Assembly (NCBI GenBank): GCA_050293845.1
Contig: JBNKNM010000164.1
Location: forward strand, 1 to 12,833
Reading direction: 5' to 3'
DNA from: Pseudobacteriovorax sp.
Lineage (GTDB): Bacteria; Bdellovibrionota_B; Oligoflexia; Oligoflexales; Oligoflexaceae
DNA length: 12,833 nucleotides
The translations under genes and the position numbers were made by a program. The notes under the pieces are model-generated. The model was not told the origin of the DNA. It was given only the letters and a program-made list of their open reading frames with translations, and searched no databases. Shown here in pieces: positions 7,051-12,833 of this stretch (position 1 is its first letter; every line of letters starts with the position of its first letter).

Positions 7051-8106
7051 ATGAGAAAAGTTTTCTTCATAATACTTATTGGGACCATTCAAACGCAGTT
7101 ATGGGCCGCACCCACCTTAGCCGTGCGTTCGATGGTGTTTATTGAACAGCAACCGACAGCGCAATTCAAAATTACCATGTTAATCTCGCGCCTGCTAGTT
7201 GATGAAATTGCTAAGAGAGGGCCTCGCCGCGATCCTCCTCTCACTTTACACCACTACTTTGAGGAAACTATTGGGAAAACCCAATTTTACTCAGGTTCGG
7301 ATCTTTGTCGATGGAACCACGCACGCGGTAACCTCAATGAAGAAGCTATTTATCTGCATGCCTATATCAGCTGTCCTAAAATAGGACGTTCCATAGACTG
7401 GTCCCTAACTTTCTTGTCTCACTTTCCTCCTGAGCACCATATGCTAGTATCCATTATCACTGCAGAAAGTACTGATCAAGTTATCTTAACCTCAAACAAA
7501 TATACCCTTTCCTATTACTATTCGAGGTTCAAATCAGTAATCACTGACGGTTTTGCATTCGTCGGTGCCCATTTCAGAACCTGGCAAAATATCGATGATA
7601 GTAGCTTCCCCCCTTTAGGTTTTTGGATTGTAGCGTTTTGTCTTTTAATTTTGATTAGTGCAGATAAGTTTCAGGATATGCAAAAATTCATAGCAGCCTA
7701 TACCATTCCCCTGTTTGTAGCATTTCTCATGGCTGCTTTCACGACCCTAAATATTGATGCGAAGCTTGCAGTATCTGGCATCATTCTTTCGGGTTTATAT
7801 TTCCTAGGTTACTGCCTCCATAACCGTAAACCAGCAATGCCGAGCATAACCTTAGCTATTATAGGGATTTGCCATGGCATCCTGATTTTTCAGCTCCTTC
7901 CATTAGATATACAAGGATTACCGATTAAAACCATGGTATCGGGCTTTCAGCTCGGAGCTGCCTTAGGCCTGATGCTGAGCCTGCTCATACTATGGCCCAT
8001 TATCCGTTGGACCATCATGGCCCTTCCTGATCGTAAAATTGTTCCCAATTTGCTTCGGATGTTGCTATTTCTCCTAGGAATCGCTAGCCTTGTAAGTTCC
8101 TTATAG
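7051..8106 (+). CDS. Membrane protein with N-terminal exported domain and divergent HupE/UreJ-like TM domain
   Basis: GGAG at 7042 and ATG 7051; signal peptide; about six hydrophobic helices. AAYTI, GICHG and GFQLGAALG align by eye with the family motifs TAFT, GLxHG and FNLGVExG. Confidence 0.6.
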   Translation: MRKVFFIILIGTIQTQLWAAPTLAVRSMVFIEQQPTAQFKITMLISRLLVDEIAKRGPRRDPPLTLHHYFEETIGKTQFYSGSDLCRWNHARGNLNEEAIYLHAYISCPKIGRSIDWSLTFLSHFPPEHHMLVSIITAESTDQVILTSNKYTLSYYYSRFKSVITDGFAFVGAHFRTWQNIDDSSFPPLGFWIVAFCLLILISADKFQDMQKFIAAYTIPLFVAFLMAAFTTLNIDAKLAVSGIILSGLYFLGYCLHNRKPAMPSITLAIIGICHGILIFQLLPLDIQGLPIKTMVSGFQLGAALGLMLSLLILWPIIRWTIMALPDRKIVPNLLRMLLFLLGIASLVSSL

Positions 8107-9435
8107 TTCAATGGTTATATGGGAACTGAGCGATTTTAGAAAATGCTCCAAATCCTGTTTTTCCCCGGCACTTAAATGGAGTGGCTTTAGCATTTCTTCC
8201 CTATGCCCAATATTGCTATGATCCGGAAGTGAAGAATAATGTTCGATTACGGCAGCTAATGTGGGGAGCCTCCCATGATGCCCATAAGGTGCTGTTTTTT
8301 CTACATTACGTAAGGTTGGTGTTTTAAATGCTCCGATCAAGGAAGAGCTATTCAGGTCTAGGAACGGCTTTTCCCGGCAAGACTCCAACCCATGAATCCA
8401 CGATACAGACCGATAGATTATTTTTTCGCAGGCAAATGGATCTGACTTCACAGCGAGAACCCCCTTAGCTCGACCTAAGTCATTATTATCGTTTACAAAT
8501 CCGACATTATGAAACTGATGATCGGAAAAACTTGGCCCATGATGACAATTCATACACAGCCCTTTCCCAGCAAAGATTCTTAAACCTCTCAATTCAGACG
8601 CTCCAAACTCCTGATTCAGAGGAGGTTTTTGCTCAGCACTTTGCCATCGCGCCACAAAGCGATCGAAGGGTGAATCTACGGCTACAATGGTACGCTCAAA
8701 CTGGGCGATAGCTAATCCAAAATTAGCAAAAGCATCGTTTACTGCTTTCTGGTCTTTCTTGCTCATACTTTCAAACTGACGAGCCCATTGCTGCAACCTC
8801 GCCTCTGCTACAATGGGCTTTGAAGCCAAGCTGCTAGCGGTCTGATTTTTCGTTCCATACCTTTCTACCCTTTGTAATTGCTGGGAAAGTTCTAAGGGAG
8901 CCGGCTGAGGCAAGCCATTACGATGAGGGGTATCCAAAGGCTTTAGTATGCCAAATAAACGTTTATATTGCCGATGATACTTGTTCCGTAAACGGTGGTA
9001 AACTTGCAGACGGCTCGTCCCATGCTCGTTGCGATCTTCGATCGGCTTTAGGGCTTGGGAAGCTGTGCTGTCGACCCGGCCATCCCAAAATCCCCAGGTT
9101 AGGGCAAATGAATTGACTACAGTGGGGGTATTACGCTTGCCGATGGCTAATGCTTTTGCAGTTGGCCTACCATCCGTAAAGTATTGCTCAGGAATGTGAC
9201 AGCTGGCACAGGCAACCTTTCCGTTTAAGGAGAAGCCTTTATCAAAAAATAACTTTTTTCCAAATTGTGCCTGCAGCTTTTCGTTTTTCGTTAGACGAGG
9301 AGGAATTAAGGGGCTTAAGCTATGGGATACAGACCATACATCACTGATATTATCTATTTTTTTTGCCTGTCCTTGAAGTTGTGATGCACAAACAAATAAC
9401 GCAACGCTTCCTAATATGATGTGTCGCACCAACAA
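8101..9435 (-). CDS. Di-heme cytochrome c peroxidase superfamily protein (MauG/MbnH/BthA-like)
   Basis: Signal peptide; GKKLFFD, CASCH, RNTPT, FWDGR, CMNCH, FHNVG, FKTPTLRNV, APYGHHG...VIEHY. AGGAG 8 nt before TTG. 6-nt convergent stop overlap. Confidence 0.92.
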   Translation of the reverse strand: MLVRHIILGSVALFVCASQLQGQAKKIDNISDVWSVSHSLSPLIPPRLTKNEKLQAQFGKKLFFDKGFSLNGKVACASCHIPEQYFTDGRPTAKALAIGKRNTPTVVNSFALTWGFWDGRVDSTASQALKPIEDRNEHGTSRLQVYHRLRNKYHRQYKRLFGILKPLDTPHRNGLPQPAPLELSQQLQRVERYGTKNQTASSLASKPIVAEARLQQWARQFESMSKKDQKAVNDAFANFGLAIAQFERTIVAVDSPFDRFVARWQSAEQKPPLNQEFGASELRGLRIFAGKGLCMNCHHGPSFSDHQFHNVGFVNDNNDLGRAKGVLAVKSDPFACEKIIYRSVSWIHGLESCREKPFLDLNSSSLIGAFKTPTLRNVEKTAPYGHHGRLPTLAAVIEHYSSLPDHSNIGHREEMLKPLHLSAGEKQDLEHFLKSLSSHITIEL

Positions 9436-9470
9436 AGCTCATACTCCTACTCAAATATTACGATGCTTTT

Positions 9471-9497
9471 GTATCGGCAAGCGGATAGAAACATTAT
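9471..9497 (-). promoter_or_regulatory. Possible sigma-28-type promoter for the di-heme enzyme
   Basis: Minus strand reads ATAATGTT-N11-GCCGATAC: near-perfect -10, weaker -35. Confidence 0.5.
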
Positions 9498-9652
9498 AAT
9501 TTTTAGCTAATGGGCCGAAAACTATAGGCAATAACTCTTTACTTTTCGTTATCTAAGCTATATCCTCCGTTCCCATTACCGCCTAAGTCTAGGCACAGAT
9601 ATTGTATTAATAGGCTATGCAAATAATTTATTCTCTTGGAAGGGTTGCTTTT

Positions 9653-10171
9653 ATGAAAGATAAAATAAAAGTAATGACTGCGGGTGGTACCATTGATAAG
9701 GTTTATTTCGATGCTAATAGCCTCTTTGAGGTAGGCGAACCTCAAATCCCTCATATTCTTTCAGAGGCTAATATCTCCTTCGATTATGATTTGGAATCTG
9801 TTCTAAAAAAAGACAGTCTTGAGATCACAGATGAAGATCGACAGACGATCTTTGACAAGGTTGCTAGTTCACACCATCGTCGCATCCTCATCACCCATGG
9901 GACAGATACCATGGTAACAACTGCACAGACTCTCCTCCCTATTCCCGACAAGGTTATTGTCTTCACAGGAGCCATGGAACCCGCGAAAATTAAGTCTTCT
10001 GATGCAGTATTTAATGTGGGTTGTGCTATTACTGCTGTTCAGTTGCTAACAGCAGGCGTTTATATCGTCATGAATGGCTTAATATTTAATGCAAGCAAAG
10101 TCACTAAAAACTTGACCAACAGACGCTTTGAGGCCATTTCGGATTGCGGTATCATCTCAGCTCAGGTCTAG
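9653..10171 (+). CDS. Short L-asparaginase-family protein (N-terminal catalytic domain only)
   Basis: TAGGTIDK and ITHGTDTM catalytic Thr motifs, VFTGAM.P, SDAVFN, GVYIVMNG. Purine-rich GGAAGGG ahead of ATG 9653. Confidence 0.9.
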   Translation: MKDKIKVMTAGGTIDKVYFDANSLFEVGEPQIPHILSEANISFDYDLESVLKKDSLEITDEDRQTIFDKVASSHHRRILITHGTDTMVTTAQTLLPIPDKVIVFTGAMEPAKIKSSDAVFNVGCAITAVQLLTAGVYIVMNGLIFNASKVTKNLTNRRFEAISDCGIISAQV

Positions 10172-10185
10172 AAACAATGCTCTTT

Positions 10186-10578
10186 TTAAGGCCGAAGTTT
10201 ATAGCGCTGTTTTAAAGTAACTTCTTTACCCTTAATTCTTACTTTTATTTCTAACAACCAATCTCCGGGCATATGAAGCTTGACTCCCTTCACTTCAAAT
10301 GCACCGTCTTGTAGCCTTATGGGCTTACTAGGTGTCACCACCATGCCATGACTATGGGCGGGCATCGTAGCGTCAAAGCTCAGCAATTGAAAATCTTTGA
10401 AAGCGCCTCCTAGTTTTATTTTAAGGGTATTAAGCTTCTTAGTTTGTAAACCCGGGTTTGCTAAAATTTCAAGATGACTTGCCTTATCAACTTTTACAAC
10501 CGCTTCTTTAAGAAATGCATCTGCCCATAGGTTGCATGCAACCACTAAGCTAACAATAACTAAACTAAAGTTTTTCAA
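10186..10578 (-). CDS. Exported YtkA/FixH-like Ig-fold protein with His/Met motifs
   Basis: Signal peptide; DATMPAHSHGM and GVKLHMPGDWLLEI motifs; GGAGG 5 nt before TTG. Confidence 0.8.
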   Translation of the reverse strand: MKNFSLVIVSLVVACNLWADAFLKEAVVKVDKASHLEILANPGLQTKKLNTLKIKLGGAFKDFQLLSFDATMPAHSHGMVVTPSKPIRLQDGAFEVKGVKLHMPGDWLLEIKVRIKGKEVTLKQRYKLRP

Positions 10579-10776
10579 GGGAACCTCCGCTGCAATACCC
10601 TTGGCATTATTGTATTACGGAAGCTTATACTCTCGCAAGGGATGTATTTCACATTTGGGTTTACACATACCTTATGGCATATATCTTACTGCTATGATAA
10701 CAAGACTACAAAGCTTTTCACCATAAGAGCTTGTTCGCATAATAAATAAGATATCTAATAATGTAGGAAGTTGCGC

Positions 10777-11727
10777 ATGAAAGGTGTAATTTTGGATCGG
10801 GGCAGTATCGAAGCCAGTATTGATCTTTCCCCTCTTACAAGTTTAGACATTGACTGGGATATCAGGAATTATACTAAAGAAGAAGATCTCGAAAAAATCC
10901 AAGGAGCTGATATCCTTATCACCAATAAAGTTCCTATTTCGCAAGGTTACTTGCAGAAGAATACAGGGATCAAGCTCATCTGTGTTCTAGCTACAGGTTA
11001 CAATGTCGTCGATATAGCAACGGCAGAATCACTGGGAATACCAGTATGTAATGCCCGTCATTACTGTACTGAATCTGTAGCTCAGCATACATGTGCACTC
11101 ATCTTAGCTTTGGCTCGCAGTTTAGTCGAATATGATCGCAGTGTATATGAAGGGCGCTGGGCCAAAAGCGACTTTTTTTGCTATTTTGACTTTCCTATTA
11201 GACAAGTCAATGACGATACCATTTTAATTGTAGGTCGTGGAGCACTAGGTCGTGCTGTAGGAAAAGCAACATCCGCTTTTGGAATGCAAGCTCAGTTTGT
11301 CGATAGTAAAACATCGCCGGAAAAAATGGACACATTAATTGCCAGTGCTGATTGGATTAGCTTGCACTGTCCTTCCAACAAGCAGACCAAATCTATGATC
11401 GATGCCGGCTTTTTAAGTAAAATGAAACCCACGGCTTATCTCATTAACACCGCTAGGGGCGATCTAGTGGTCGAGGAAGACCTACTCAAAGCTCTTCATG
11501 AAAAGCAGATAGCGGGAGCTGCGCTTGACGTGCTTAGGCAAGAGCCTCCACAGGTTCCAAATACCCTACTGCGGAATAAACCCAAAAATCTCATCATAAC
11601 ACCTCATATTGCATGGGCGAGTCGCAAAGCCCAACAACAGGTGATAGCTGAAACCCGGCAAAACTTAGTGGCTTTTCTCCAGGGTGAGACCCGGAATTGT
11701 GTTTATGGATCGCAAGCTAAAAACTGA
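10777..11727 (+). CDS. D-2-hydroxyacid dehydrogenase (glycerate dehydrogenase/hydroxypyruvate reductase-like)
   Basis: LITNKV, ATGYNVVD, GRGALG Rossmann motif, ISLHCP, LINTARG, LDV..QEPP, ITPHIAWAS catalytic R/E/H; AGGAAG SD before ATG 10777. Confidence 0.93.
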   Translation: MKGVILDRGSIEASIDLSPLTSLDIDWDIRNYTKEEDLEKIQGADILITNKVPISQGYLQKNTGIKLICVLATGYNVVDIATAESLGIPVCNARHYCTESVAQHTCALILALARSLVEYDRSVYEGRWAKSDFFCYFDFPIRQVNDDTILIVGRGALGRAVGKATSAFGMQAQFVDSKTSPEKMDTLIASADWISLHCPSNKQTKSMIDAGFLSKMKPTAYLINTARGDLVVEEDLLKALHEKQIAGAALDVLRQEPPQVPNTLLRNKPKNLIITPHIAWASRKAQQQVIAETRQNLVAFLQGETRNCVYGSQAKN

Positions 11728-12604
11728 TGGTTAAGGCTAACCAACCGCGCAGTTCCCATTCATCTCTTACCTGAAGCCCCACAGATCGGATATCGGCTAA
11801 TATAAGATCCTTATTAGATTGATTAAACCCTGTAATAATAATCCGTCCCTGAAGGGATAGTCGTTGTTTGAATTCACTCAGGAGCTGATTTACTACAGGA
11901 GGGAGAATGTTAGAGACAATTAAATCATATCGATCAATTGTTTCTGGAAATGTACCTTTGATAATAGCAAACTGACATTGATTACCCAGACGATTCAAAT
12001 GCGCTGCGGAAATGGCTTTTTCATCAATATCGGTTGCTACAACCCGTTGAATACCCAATTTTTCGGCTATAATAGCCAAGATCCCTGTTCCGGTTCCCAC
12101 ATCAAGGAGTGAAGTGTCACTGGCTTTGTATTCACGTATCATCAAATCTAAAATGGCTTTAGTCGTAGCATGCTGACCAGAGCCAAAGGCACCGGCAGCA
12201 TCAATAAAGACTTGCCGATCCGTAAGCTTTGCGGGGCGCTTTCCCGACACTAGAACCTGAAAGGGTCCACAGTTAAAATCTTCCTCTCGGTCTTCCCATG
12301 CCTGCTGCCAAAGAATGGAATCATAGGAGCTGACTTCCCAACGGCAGACCCCTTTAAATTGTTGCAGCACTTTAATGATATGAGATAACTCTTCCGACGA
12401 GGTCGGATAAAACGTAACGGGGAGTTCGGTCTCCGTCGTATCATCATCGAGAAGTGTAGCGATGAGTTCATCGGCTTGGCTCTCACAGTGGTTTAAGCCA
12501 TCATAGCTAGCATCTACATAGTTCTGCAGTCCATGTTCTGATAGATAGACTAATAACTGGCTTTTCGGTGAGCTAAATATTTTGATTTCCGTTGTTTTAG
12601 TCAT
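11717..12604 (-). CDS. prmA: Ribosomal protein L11 methyltransferase
   Basis: WQQAW, IDAAGAFGSGQHATT, LLDVGTGTGILAI SAM-binding motif, ATDID, YDLIVSNIL, GWLAL. 11-nt convergent overlap with the dehydrogenase. Confidence 0.88.
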   Translation of the reverse strand: MTKTTEIKIFSSPKSQLLVYLSEHGLQNYVDASYDGLNHCESQADELIATLLDDDTTETELPVTFYPTSSEELSHIIKVLQQFKGVCRWEVSSYDSILWQQAWEDREEDFNCGPFQVLVSGKRPAKLTDRQVFIDAAGAFGSGQHATTKAILDLMIREYKASDTSLLDVGTGTGILAIIAEKLGIQRVVATDIDEKAISAAHLNRLGNQCQFAIIKGTFPETIDRYDLIVSNILPPVVNQLLSEFKQRLSLQGRIIITGFNQSNKDLILADIRSVGLQVRDEWELRGWLALTISF

Positions 12605-12606
12605 AC

Positions 12607-12679
12607 CAAGCCTTGGAAGTTGGAGCTTGCCATCTAAAGCAAGTCAAAGGTGCATATATAGCCGAAGTTCCAAGGCTTG
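12607..12679. repeat. 12-bp perfect inverted repeat with internal hairpin abutting the prmA start
   Basis: CAAGCCTTGGAA(12607-12618)/TTCCAAGGCTTG(12668-12679), with inner CTTGC(12626-12630)/GCAAG(12639-12643). Confidence 0.85.
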
Positions 12680-12696
12680 TAAAGATATTATAAAAT
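12668..12696 (+). promoter_or_regulatory. Possible sigma-70-type promoter firing rightwards
   Basis: TTCCAA-N17-TAAAAT. The predicted start (~12703) lies just before the structured block. Confidence 0.35.
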
Positions 12697-12709
12697 CCAA
12701 ATCCAAATA

Positions 12710-12833
12710 GACCGCACGTGGCCCTCATCTAAACAGGCCGTAGGCTACAGTGGTCACACCCTACCACTCTAGCACGACCAGGTGCCCCAGAGCATTTCCC
12801 TTATTTAGACCTAATTAAGGCCAAGTCTGTGTC
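12710..12833. ncRNA. Candidate structured RNA, unassigned, possibly truncated by the window edge
   Basis: Five nested helices can be read directly from the sequence (see findings). The block is GC-richer than its AT-rich flank. No known family motif recognised. Confidence 0.45.

Noticed and set aside
7199..7384. 61-aa alternative-frame ORF
   Set aside because: Nested in the membrane-protein gene with no independent support.
9539..9975. Minus-strand ORFs 9539-9754 and 9784-9975
   Set aside because: Antisense to the asparaginase, with no motifs.
10532..10726. 64-aa plus-strand ORF
   Set aside because: Overlaps the YtkA-like start and the divergent promoter region; TTG start without an SD.
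12250..12486. 78-aa alternative-frame ORF
   Set aside because: Nested within prmA.
12644..12668. TCAAAGGT...GCCGAAGT as a sigma-28 promoter
   Set aside because: The spacer is 2 nt shorter than at the other sites and no adjacent plus-strand gene is visible.
12693..12708. AAATCC tandem repeat (about 2.7 copies)
   Set aside because: Too short to be distinguished from chance; not CRISPR-like.
12725..12805. Cobalamin riboswitch, RNase P or hammerhead resemblance (AAGGGAA, CCACTG, GCTAGAG, TAGATGA on the minus strand)
   Set aside because: Only isolated words match. Required cores (the B12-box, CAGAACCCGGCTTA, CTGATGA...GAAA) are missing or out of order.
12801..12833. Possible 3' end of a minus-strand gene (...DTDLALIRSK*)
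   Set aside because: Only 11 codons are visible and cannot be supported. Kept as an alternative explanation for part of the structured block.

Overview
AT-rich bacterial chromosomal segment holding about 14 complete genes, with no rRNA, tRNA, CRISPR array or mobile element visible. Gene content and the repeated sigma-28-like promoters suggest Bdellovibrionota/Oligoflexia or a relative (inference only). In order: two hypothetical lipoproteins; a stand-alone CheY-like receiver; a secreted protein with a sugar-binding-like domain and two DM9-like repeats, translationally coupled to mtgA; two type IV prepilin-like genes; a small hypothetical; dihydroorotase; a degenerate HupE/UreJ-like membrane protein; a MauG/MbnH-class di-heme enzyme; a short asparaginase; a YtkA/FixH-like His/Met-rich exported protein; a D-2-hydroxyacid dehydrogenase; and prmA. 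The main leads are: (i) a multi-helix structured non-coding region upstream of prmA at the right edge; (ii) a Tyr-ligated di-heme enzyme with a likely metal-binding partner, split by an inserted asparaginase gene; (iii) a local sigma-28 regulon of surface genes (DM9 lectin/mtgA, pilins, receiver); and (iv) four separate hairpins that cover ribosome-binding sites. All family assignments come from recognising motifs by eye; no searches were run.
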